This document shows positions 9,188 to 17,451 of a DNA stretch of 64,000 nt, piece by piece (position 1 is the first letter of the stretch; every line of letters begins with the position of its first letter). Origin of the DNA: Polyangiales bacterium (lineage in GTDB: Bacteria > Myxococcota_A > Polyangia > Polyangiales > Ga0077539); contig JBGARZ010000010.1 of NCBI GenBank assembly GCA_044229975.1, forward strand, positions 288,001 through 352,000, read 5' to 3'. Made by a program: the position numbers and the translations under genes. The notes below the pieces were generated by a model that saw nothing but the letters and a program-made list of their open reading frames with translations, searched no databases and was not told the origin of the DNA.

Positions 9188-10828
9188 TCAGTCGGAAGCG
9201 TGCGCTGGCTCGACGCGCTGCGAGCGCGGCCCCTCGTTGCCCGGACGGGGGATCGGCACGTACGGGAACGTGTTGGTGAAGGCCACGTCGTTGCCGTCAA
9301 CGCCGTCGCCGAAGCGGATGGCGTTGATGGCGGGCAGACCGTTGAGGACGTAGCGGAGCTCGATGTCCACCACGTCGTCATGCAGACGGCGGCCGTTGGG
9401 GAATCCGTTGCCATCACCACCAGCCGCGCCGAGACGAGACGCGCCGGGGTTGCCCACCGTGGTCGGCAGAGCCGTTGGCGGAGTCCGCACGTTGAGGCGC
9501 AGCAGGTCGGCTGGGGCCAGACCTGCGCCCGCCGCGGGCATCGCAGGCGAGCCCGGGATGAGGCCACGCGCCGTCACGAGTTGCAGCATGTCGTTGGCCG
9601 GATCGGAGGCGCTGCGGGTCGGCGCCACGTAGCCCACCTGGGCGCGGAGGCCCTGGCCGGCGCCGTTGCCGTACAGCGCCGCGGCGTAGGTCGGCAGCGA
9701 GGGCACCAGCAGGTACGAGCCGAAGTTCGCGACGTCCTCGGTCGCGGGCGCGCGGTTCCAGAAGTCCTTCTCGGCCAGCGGGATGAGCACCTCGTTGACC
9801 AGGGGAATACCCAGGCGCGACACCTGAACCCACTGGCCCTGGTTGTCGTCGAGGCAGCGCTGGGTGAAGCGCTGCGGGAGCGGGCGCATCCGGCCGCGGA
9901 GCGTGCTGTTGCAGTCGCGGCGGATGGTCACCCGCGGGCGGCTCGCACTCGCGTAGATGCCGATGATGTTGCGGCGATCTTCGAGGGTCGCGGGCGCGTC
10001 TGCCACGGTGAGCTGTCCGATCGGCACCTGGATGGCGATCATGTGGAAGTTGTACCCGGCGAGGAAGTCCACGCCGCCGCCGACGTTGCCGAAGCCTGAC
10101 CGGAACTGCGCGTCGTCGAAGATGGCGCCGAGGTCGGCGAAGAAGGGGTCGTCGCGCGGGCCGGCGAAGACCCGACCCGAGCCCATCGCGCCGCCCATCA
10201 GGTTGGTGACCGCCTGGTTGGCGATGCGCGTGTAGTTGCTGTCGTCCGTCGCCGTGCCGACCGTGCCGCCCATGCCGACGCGCGTCTGCGGGTTGCCAAA
10301 CGCGAACCGTCCCGCGTAGGTCGGCGCCGTCGGGATGTCGCTCCCGATCACCGTGGGCACGCCGCCCACCACGCGGGTCACCGAGTACGACTGCACCCGC
10401 AGCGCCGCGCCCGGCGCCGCCGGGGTCGGCAGCGTCGTGATCGGGCCCACGTTGTAGAAGAACGTCCCCGCCGCGCCGGAGGCCAGCGCGTTGTTGGTCG
10501 TCGTCTGAAACCTGAACTGGTACACGACGTCGTTGGCGTTGCCGTCGCCGTTGTTGTCGATCTTGATCTCGTACAACACGTCGTCGGAGAAGTTCATCCA
10601 GTTGGGGCCGCCGCCGGGCTCTTCGAGGCCGATGTAGCCCGCGATGATCGTCACGGTGCCGTTGTTCTCGGGCGACGTAAACGCCCAGAGGTCGGTGTTG
10701 TCCGCGGCCGGGTCTTCGGAAATGAGCGGCGCCTCGCGGTGGCTGGAGGCGTTGGCGGCCTGCGGCTGGAAACCCACCGCGGTCATGGTCAGCAGCAGCG
10801 CGGCGCCGAGCTTCGTCTTCGTCATCAT
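9188..10828 (-). CDS. DUF4331 family secreted protein
   Basis: ASSHREAPLISEDPAADNTDLWAF, VFAGPRDDPFFADLG, QVSRLGIPLVNEV, GFPNGRRLHDDVVD and FPYV are characteristic of DUF4331. Confidence 0.9.
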   Translation of the reverse strand: MMTKTKLGAALLLTMTAVGFQPQAANASSHREAPLISEDPAADNTDLWAFTSPENNGTVTIIAGYIGLEEPGGGPNWMNFSDDVLYEIKIDNNGDGNANDVVYQFRFQTTTNNALASGAAGTFFYNVGPITTLPTPAAPGAALRVQSYSVTRVVGGVPTVIGSDIPTAPTYAGRFAFGNPQTRVGMGGTVGTATDDSNYTRIANQAVTNLMGGAMGSGRVFAGPRDDPFFADLGAIFDDAQFRSGFGNVGGGVDFLAGYNFHMIAIQVPIGQLTVADAPATLEDRRNIIGIYASASRPRVTIRRDCNSTLRGRMRPLPQRFTQRCLDDNQGQWVQVSRLGIPLVNEVLIPLAEKDFWNRAPATEDVANFGSYLLVPSLPTYAAALYGNGAGQGLRAQVGYVAPTRSASDPANDMLQLVTARGLIPGSPAMPAAGAGLAPADLLRLNVRTPPTALPTTVGNPGASRLGAAGGDGNGFPNGRRLHDDVVDIELRYVLNGLPAINAIRFGDGVDGNDVAFTNTFPYVPIPRPGNEGPRSQRVEPAHASD

Positions 10829-10881
10829 CGTCGTGTTCCCTTTCGGAATCTCTCTTCAGTGTCTCTTGTAAAACCGTGTGC

Positions 10882-12060
10882 TCAGCGCGCCGTAAACACC
10901 GCGCCCCAGGAGGTCGCCGCCGTGTCCGTCGCCGTGTCGTCCGCGATGCCGTAGATGTCCGCGCCGCGCGCGCGCCCGAGGCCCACCGGCGACGTGAGCA
11001 GCGCGCTCGACGCCATCGGGGACATCGCCCCGGTGCCGTCCACCGCCACCCAGGTCAACCGACCAGGGCCCGTCTCCACGTCCCAGCCCGCGACCAGCAA
11101 CCGTCGCTCGTCGAGCGACAGCGTGATGCCCGCCGGCAGACCCATGTGCAGACGACCCACGATGCGCGCCGGAGCGCCACCCATCGGGATGCGGAACACC
11201 GCGCCCAGCCCGCCGTCCGCCCGCGTGTCCGTCACGTACGCCGTGCCGTCCGCGGCCACCGTCACCGCCGACGGGTCGCGCAGCGGGCTCGACCCGCCGC
11301 CCATCGCCAGCACCGTCACACCACCGCCCATCGCCGACATGCGCGCCACCACCGGGTTGCCGTCGTCCTGCACCGCGATGAACGTGAGCTGCGCCGGAGT
11401 GCCGTGCACCGCCACCGCGCGCGGACGCCGCAGCGCGCCGATGTCCAGCGCCGTCGCCGAGCCGCCCTCGACCGACACCGAGATGATCGCGCCCTCTTCC
11501 GTTCCGACCATCGCGACGTTGCGGTTGGCCGCCTGGTCGGCGATGTACAGCCGCGAGTCGTCGGCCGCGATGGCCATGCCCGTCGGAAACACCAGCGGCA
11601 CACCCGTCACCGGCACCACCGACGGCGCCGCCCCGCCGCCCGCGCTGCGGAACAGCGTCGCGACACCCTCCGGCGTGCGCGCCGTGAAGTACGACGTCGT
11701 CCCCGAGGCCGTGAGCACCACCGTCAACGGCGTCGAGAACGACGCGTTGCGCGTGAGCAGTACGGGCGCGCCGGGCAGCGTCGACGGCGGCACGTCCGCC
11801 GGAACATCCGCGGGCAGGTCCGCGGTCGGCTGCACGTCCATGCCGGGCTGCACATCCATGCCCGGCTGCACGTCCATGCCGGGCTGCACGTCCGTGGGGT
11901 TGGTGCCCGCGTCGACCACGTCGGTGCCCGGCTGGACATCCGTCGTCATCCCGACGTCGCCACCCGCGTCCGTCGGCACCGGGTCGCTGGAACATCCCGC
12001 GACCGCCCCCGCCAGGATCAACGCCGTCACGGCGCTGAACCGTTGGGTTCCTGTTGTCAT
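10882..12060 (-). CDS. Lipoprotein with beta-propeller-like (NHL/SMP-30-like) domain
   Basis: Lipobox AVAGC, a DVQPG(M/T) repeat linker, and repeated P-x-G-[IM]-A/T strands (PTGMAIAADDSRLYIAD, PAGITLSLDERRLLVA). Confidence 0.75.
   Translation of the reverse strand: MTTGTQRFSAVTALILAGAVAGCSSDPVPTDAGGDVGMTTDVQPGTDVVDAGTNPTDVQPGMDVQPGMDVQPGMDVQPTADLPADVPADVPPSTLPGAPVLLTRNASFSTPLTVVLTASGTTSYFTARTPEGVATLFRSAGGGAAPSVVPVTGVPLVFPTGMAIAADDSRLYIADQAANRNVAMVGTEEGAIISVSVEGGSATALDIGALRRPRAVAVHGTPAQLTFIAVQDDGNPVVARMSAMGGGVTVLAMGGGSSPLRDPSAVTVAADGTAYVTDTRADGGLGAVFRIPMGGAPARIVGRLHMGLPAGITLSLDERRLLVAGWDVETGPGRLTWVAVDGTGAMSPMASSALLTSPVGLGRARGADIYGIADDTATDTAATSWGAVFTAR
11829..11941. repeat. 18-bp coding tandem repeat encoding DVQPG(M/T)
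   Basis: About four tandem copies of ggctgcac(g/a)tccatgcc(g/c) on the + strand, plus one further degenerate copy. Confidence 0.8.
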
Positions 12061-12133
12061 CACTCGTCCTCCGGTCTTCATGCTGTCGGTCCGTTGGGCC
12101 CCGTCACCTGCGCGGCGGCGGCGCCGTGAAAGT

Positions 12134-13039
12134 TCAGGGCGTCACGTTGATGCGCAGCGTGGCGTTGGCCCCGATGATCTCGCTGTGGTCGTCGTTGCGG
12201 AGCGACACCACCAGCCGGTGCGCGCCCGCCGACGTCCCCGCCGGGATGCGAACCGTCGGGTTGGTGAGGTGCGTCGCGATGAGGTAGTCGCCGCCGCTCG
12301 CGCCATCGAGGTAGACGTGCAGGTGACCGTTGGGGGGATTGACGCCCGTCTGACCCGCGAAGTCACGCGCGGTGAAGTTCATCAGCGTCACCATCAACGG
12401 CAGCATGGCGTTGGCCGCCACCGAGGTGTTGTCCGCCGGAGAGGCGATGGTCACCGTCGGACCGGTGTTCATCACGGCGGTGAAGTCGATGCGGGCGTCG
12501 ACCGGGGGCGAGAGCGGGTCGTGGTTGTTCTGGCGCAGCGACACGCGGAGCGAGTGCGCGCCGAGCGAGGTCGTGCTCGGAATCACCACGCGGGGATTGG
12601 CGATGTAGTCCGCCACCAGGTAGTCGGCGTTGCCGTTGGCGCCGTCGAGGTAGACGTGCACGTGGCCCGAACCCGGCACGTTGCCGGTGGCGCCCACGAA
12701 GTTGACCAGGTTGAAGTTGGTGATGTTCAGCATGAGCTGCGACGGCGCGCCGATGGGCAGCGAGGCACCCGTCGCCGGGCTCGCGATCACCAGCGTCGGC
12801 GGCCCCGACGGGACATCCGTCACCGTCTGCACGTCGGTCGCCGTCTGGACGTCCGTCGCCGTCTGCACATCGGTGGCAGTGCCCGCGTCGGGAACAACTC
12901 CCGTGTCCACCGTCGTTGGGGTGTCCGTGGCAGCGCCCCGATCAGTCACCCCAGAGTCGGTCGCCGGAACCGGGTCCGACGCGCAACCCGCCACGACCCC
13001 AACAAACAAAGACCATCCCGCCCGCCGAAACGACGTCAT
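12134..13039 (-). CDS. Lipoprotein with two His-motif Ig-like domains (DUF4399/DUF6130-like)
   Basis: Lipobox VVAGC and TDVQTA repeats. Duplicated domain IASP..GH(V/L)HVYLDG..DYL.A..GAH.L.VSLR(QNN/NDD)H. Confidence 0.75.
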   Translation of the reverse strand: MTSFRRAGWSLFVGVVAGCASDPVPATDSGVTDRGAATDTPTTVDTGVVPDAGTATDVQTATDVQTATDVQTVTDVPSGPPTLVIASPATGASLPIGAPSQLMLNITNFNLVNFVGATGNVPGSGHVHVYLDGANGNADYLVADYIANPRVVIPSTTSLGAHSLRVSLRQNNHDPLSPPVDARIDFTAVMNTGPTVTIASPADNTSVAANAMLPLMVTLMNFTARDFAGQTGVNPPNGHLHVYLDGASGGDYLIATHLTNPTVRIPAGTSAGAHRLVVSLRNDDHSEIIGANATLRINVTP

Positions 13040-13268
13040 AGACCGTTAGACCTTCCACCACTGGAAATCGCCGAAGTGGGGGCGCTCGCAAGCGCCCTCA
13101 ACGAGTGTTGTTCGCGCGGCCCTCACCAGAACCGCACCCTGCAACGACAGCAGCAAGGTAGACGGATTTCACTCCGCACCACAATCACCGCTTCGTGGGT
13201 GTTACGAATGAGGCACCCATGGCACGAGCGGTTTGTTACGAAGTTCTATGCCGTGTCACTGCGCGATT

Positions 13269-14519
13269 TCAACCGAGAATGCCGTTGAAGACGGAGTGTC
13301 CGGAGAGGCGTTCGATGATCCAGAGGAGGGCGAAGAGACAGAGCACAAGGGAGAGCCCTTGTCGGATGACGCGGTCGTATGTCGATTGACGCGCTGCGAC
13401 CACGGCAGCGACGACGACGGCGGCGAGGACGGCGACGGTGACCCGCGGCGGGCCGAGGCTGGGGAGCAGCGCGACGGCGAGCGCGCCGAGGGCGACGGAC
13501 CACGCGAGCTGCGCGGCGAACGAGCGTCGCGCGGACATGGCGTGCAGCAGCGGGAGCAGCGCCACGACGACGGCGAGCTGACCGAGCTCGACGCCGACAT
13601 TGAACGCGAGCAGCGATGGGACGGTGGCGCGCGCGGGGAGCCCGAGCTCACGCAAGACGTCCGCGAAGCCAAGGCCGTGGACGAGCCCGAACGCGAAGGT
13701 GGTGACGGCGCGTGATCGCGGCGGCGGTGCGTTGCGCCGGAGGTTGCTCGCGGCGACGGAGAGGATCGACAGCGCGATGACGGGCTCGACGATGCGCGCG
13801 GGCGCGACGACCCAGCCGAGGGCCGCGGAGACGAGCGTGAGGGAGTGCGCGACGGTGAAGGACGTCACCACCGAGAGCACGTGGCGGAGGGCGTCGCGGG
13901 GGCGCAGCGCGGCGGCGAGGATGAGCAGCGTGACGACGAAGGCGATGTGGTCGTAGCCGGTGAAGATGTGCTCGACGCCGAGGCGCAGGTACTGGCCGAG
14001 CTGCGCGCGCAGCGGCGGAGACGCGTCGACGGACCAGTGGCGGCGGTCGGACTGGAAGACGAACTGGCGGGGCGCGCCGAGGCCGTCGAGGGTGGCGAGG
14101 CCGCGGTGCTGCGGGTCGACGTCGAAGAAGAGGGCGTAGTCGACGGAGGGCGCCTCGACGCGGTGCGCGCAGGTGTACGCGACCGTGACGGCGAGGGACC
14201 ATCCGTCGGCGCGATCGACCACCGTGGCAGAGGCGTCGCCGGGGGTGCAGCGAATACCTGCGTGGGTAAGACGGAGGCGTGCGCCGAGGTAGCGGCCGCC
14301 TTGTGCGGCGCGGGCGCGGGCGTCGTCGCGCGAGGGGAGCGCGCTGGAGGGGAGGGCGAGGGCCTCGTTGAGGTCGAGCGAGTCGATGCGCGCGGTGGCG
14401 GTGACAGTGCGCCCGTCGACGGTGAGGGTGAGCGGGGTGAGGGAGTTCTGGTGGGCGCTGGCGGCGGCGGGCGCGAGGAGCGCGGCGGCGAGGGCGAGCG
14501 ATTGCGAGACGTGTGGCAT
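13269..14519 (-). CDS. HupE/UreJ family membrane protein
   Basis: Signal peptide ending ASA-HQ; LGVEHIFTGYDHIAF, VTSFTVAHSLTL, VEPVIALSI, FGLVHGLGFA and LLAFNVGVELGQL. Confidence 0.92.
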   Translation of the reverse strand: MPHVSQSLALAAALLAPAAASAHQNSLTPLTLTVDGRTVTATARIDSLDLNEALALPSSALPSRDDARARAAQGGRYLGARLRLTHAGIRCTPGDASATVVDRADGWSLAVTVAYTCAHRVEAPSVDYALFFDVDPQHRGLATLDGLGAPRQFVFQSDRRHWSVDASPPLRAQLGQYLRLGVEHIFTGYDHIAFVVTLLILAAALRPRDALRHVLSVVTSFTVAHSLTLVSAALGWVVAPARIVEPVIALSILSVAASNLRRNAPPPRSRAVTTFAFGLVHGLGFADVLRELGLPARATVPSLLAFNVGVELGQLAVVVALLPLLHAMSARRSFAAQLAWSVALGALAVALLPSLGPPRVTVAVLAAVVVAAVVAARQSTYDRVIRQGLSLVLCLFALLWIIERLSGHSVFNGILG

Positions 14520-14538
14520 TCGGGGTATCGCGCCGCCC

Positions 14539-15435
14539 ATGGGAAGCCATCGTGTACTGGCGGGACGGGCGGCGTCACGCATCCTGGCGGCGGTGCTGTC
14601 GATCACGGCGTGCCGGCGCGCTACGACGGTCGACGCGGCGGCGGATGCGCGGGTGACGGGCGCGGTGAGGTTCGTGGCGCCGACGGACGTGGGGGCCGTC
14701 ACCGAGGCGCGGCGCATCGTGGCGTGGACGCCGGACATCGCCGAGACGCTCCTCGCGCTGGGGGCGCGCGAGAGGCTGGTGGGGGTTCCGTCGATGATGG
14801 CGGCGCGACCGGAGATCGAAGGGGTGGCGCGCGTCGGGACGCAGGTGTCGCCGCGGGAGGATGTTCTTGCTGGGTTGCACCCCGACCTGTTGGTGGTGGT
14901 GGGCGGCCCGATGGGGCAGGCGCTGGTCGAGCATCGGCCGGAGGGCGCTGGCGTAGAGACGGTGTCGTTCGAAGATCGGGCGGCCTACGCGCGCACGGTG
15001 ACGAGGCTGGCGCAGCGCATCGGGCGACCGGCGGCGGGCACCGAGCTGCTCGCGCGCATCAACGGCGAGCTCGCCGCGGTGCAGAGGGCGACGCAGAGCG
15101 GGCCGCGGCCGAGGGTGGTGGCGCTGCTCAGCCGCGAGCCCATGGTGGTCGCAGGGCCGGGTAGCTTCCTCGACGAGCTGTTGGACATCGCTGGGGGACA
15201 GAACGCCGTGGCCAACACCAACCACTTCCCGGTCGTCGGCGTGGAGATGATCGTGGGCTGGAACGCCGACGTCCTGCTCGACCTCACGGGACGGACCGAG
15301 GGCCTGGAGACGCTGCTGCCCGGGGTGCGTGCGCGTCGCGTGGTGCTGAGCCCCGACGGGATGCTGCGCCCGGGGCCGCGCGTGGGCGAGGCCGCGCGAA
15401 GACTGTCGGCGGCGCTGCACGGGTCGCGGCGGTAG
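14539..15435 (+). CDS. ABC transporter substrate-binding protein, helical-backbone (BtuF/cobalamin-siderophore type)
   Basis: RRIVAWTPDIAETLLALGARERLVGV..LHPDLLV..GPGSFLDELLDIAGGQN..RPGPRVGEA. Start is uncertain. Confidence 0.85.
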   Translation: MGSHRVLAGRAASRILAAVLSITACRRATTVDAAADARVTGAVRFVAPTDVGAVTEARRIVAWTPDIAETLLALGARERLVGVPSMMAARPEIEGVARVGTQVSPREDVLAGLHPDLLVVVGGPMGQALVEHRPEGAGVETVSFEDRAAYARTVTRLAQRIGRPAAGTELLARINGELAAVQRATQSGPRPRVVALLSREPMVVAGPGSFLDELLDIAGGQNAVANTNHFPVVGVEMIVGWNADVLLDLTGRTEGLETLLPGVRARRVVLSPDGMLRPGPRVGEAARRLSAALHGSRR

Positions 15436-15445
15436 GTGAAGAGCC

Positions 15446-17335
15446 CTACGCCGACGGCACGGTCGCCGTGGCCTCGTGCGATGACCGCGCGCCCCACCAG
15501 CGAAACGCCACCACGCTCGTCGACAGCGCGCACCAGCCGAAGGTCGCCCACGCCACGAGCGAGCTGACCGCGTCGCGCGTCGCCCAGTTCAAGCGTGGGC
15601 CCAGCAGCGCGAGCGCCGTGTAGGCGCCCAGCGCAGCGATCGCGGCGGGGAGCGCGGCGGCCCAGGCCGTTCGGGTGAGCGACTCGGCCCGCGGGCGACG
15701 CGACGAGCGACGCGCCCGGCGGGCGAGCGCGTGCAGCGCCCAGGACTTCGCGAGCAGCACGGCGACGCCGATCATCTGGAGACCGACGGACGACGACTGC
15801 GCGCCGGCCCCCACCGCCGGGAGACGCCACGCGCCCAATAGCAGCAGCGCGCACAGCGCCGCGCGACCCCAGGTGAGCATGCGCTCGGCGAGGTGGTTGG
15901 GCAGCGTCGGGGCGTCGCCCGCCTCGAAGCCCGCGACCGTCCACGTGATCGCGTAGGCGCCGAGGGCGAGGTGGAGCGGGTCGCGGAAGAGGTTCCATTG
16001 CCAGGGGAGCGAGCCCTGCGAGCCCGCGACGCCTTGGAAGCCCAGCGCCGTCGAGGCCGCGACGACGGCACCCGCGCCCACCACCAGCGGAGCGCCGCGG
16101 AGCATCTCGCGCGCGGCCACGGCGATCTTCGCGCGCGCGCCGGTGCGACGGGTGGTGGCCAGCGCGGCGCCTGCGACGACGAGGGCCAGCGTGGTGGCGA
16201 GCACGTCGGGGTCGACGGAGAAGATGCCGCTGCCGAAGGGGACCGCCAGCGCCGTCGTCGCGAGCGCCAGCCACCCGAGGCGATGCGGAGCTGACGACCA
16301 CGGTGCGGCTACGAGGGGCTCCGGGTCGCCGTCGCGGTGCATGCCGACGAGGCGCGACGCGCGACGCAGCACCGACGGAACGGGCGCTCCCGCCGACCAC
16401 ACCAGCGCCGCCGCGAGCAGCACCAGCACGGCGGCGAGCACCACGTCCCAGGAGACCCGCGGGTCGAGCTGGCTCACCCGCAGCGCGCGGTCTTCGACGG
16501 CGTCGCCGCGGCGCACGGTGAGCACGGCGTGGTCGCGTCCGGGGGACGGGCGGAAGTCGTCGATGGCCGCGAGGTTGACCCCGTCGAGGCGCAGCAGCAC
16601 GTCGCCGTCGGCCACGCCTGCTTCGTCGGCGGCGCTGCCCGGGTCGACACGCTCGACCTGCAAGCCGCCTTCGGGCGGGAGCACCGGCGCGAGGTGGACG
16701 CCTACGACGGAGAGCGCGCGCTCGGCCTCGGCGAGGGCGGCGCGGGTCACGTCGAGGCCGCGGCCCTGGGTGATGTGCAGGTCGACGATGGGTCCGCGCA
16801 GGGCGCGCGCGGAGGAGAGCACCGTGCCCTGGAGGGTCTCGACCTGCACCGTGACGCCCGCGCGACCACCCAGAAACGACAGCGTCGCGTGTGATCCGGT
16901 GGGCTCCGCGGTGGACTCGCCGGGGCAGCGGGTGAGCGTGCGGACGAGGCCGTCGGTGAGGGTGAACTCCAGGCGGGATGATCCGTCGATGCGCAGCGCG
17001 TGGGAGGCCACCTCGCCGTAGAGCGCGTCGCGGAGCTGGCCGGTGAGGGGGTCGGTGACGACGGTTCCTTCGGGGGGGTCGGTCACCGTGGAGACGACCA
17101 CGGGCTCGCAGCGGGCGGCGCCGGGGCGGGCGAGCTGCGCCGCGAGGCGCACGGTGATGCGGCGGATGTCAGCCGTGGGGGGCAGACCCGTGGTGTGGAG
17201 CACAAGCCGGTCGCCGGGCTCGACCTGCCGAGGGGTGAGCTCGGTCAGGGTGAGCACCTCGTGGGTGGGCTGGGTCTCGCAGCCCGCGAGGGCGAGGAGC
17301 AGGGGCACCACGAGCGGAAGTGACGGGCGACGCAC
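15446..17335 (-). CDS. PDZ-domain lipoprotein with C-terminal multi-TM region (degenerate NuoH-like)
   Basis: Lipobox LALAGC; PDZ motif GLQVERVDPGSAADEAGVADGDVLLRLDG; about 8 hydrophobic helices with QGSLPWQWNLFRDP and LLGAWRLP. Start is uncertain. Confidence 0.7.
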   Translation of the reverse strand: MRRPSLPLVVPLLLALAGCETQPTHEVLTLTELTPRQVEPGDRLVLHTTGLPPTADIRRITVRLAAQLARPGAARCEPVVVSTVTDPPEGTVVTDPLTGQLRDALYGEVASHALRIDGSSRLEFTLTDGLVRTLTRCPGESTAEPTGSHATLSFLGGRAGVTVQVETLQGTVLSSARALRGPIVDLHITQGRGLDVTRAALAEAERALSVVGVHLAPVLPPEGGLQVERVDPGSAADEAGVADGDVLLRLDGVNLAAIDDFRPSPGRDHAVLTVRRGDAVEDRALRVSQLDPRVSWDVVLAAVLVLLAAALVWSAGAPVPSVLRRASRLVGMHRDGDPEPLVAAPWSSAPHRLGWLALATTALAVPFGSGIFSVDPDVLATTLALVVAGAALATTRRTGARAKIAVAAREMLRGAPLVVGAGAVVAASTALGFQGVAGSQGSLPWQWNLFRDPLHLALGAYAITWTVAGFEAGDAPTLPNHLAERMLTWGRAALCALLLLGAWRLPAVGAGAQSSSVGLQMIGVAVLLAKSWALHALARRARRSSRRPRAESLTRTAWAAALPAAIAALGAYTALALLGPRLNWATRDAVSSLVAWATFGWCALSTSVVAFRWWGARSSHEATATVPSA

Positions 17336-17451
17336 GGCGAATGCGATGGCCCATAGCCCGCCACGGGGGGGCGAGAACAACTTTCCGGCACCGACAAGAT
17401 CGTCCGATGGCGCTATCGGGTCGGGTGGCGGTTGGTGGTATTTTCGCGCCG

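Noticed and set aside
13220..13236. TGGCACG as a sigma54 promoter
   Set aside because: There is no GC at the -12 position, and it faces against the local minus-strand genes.
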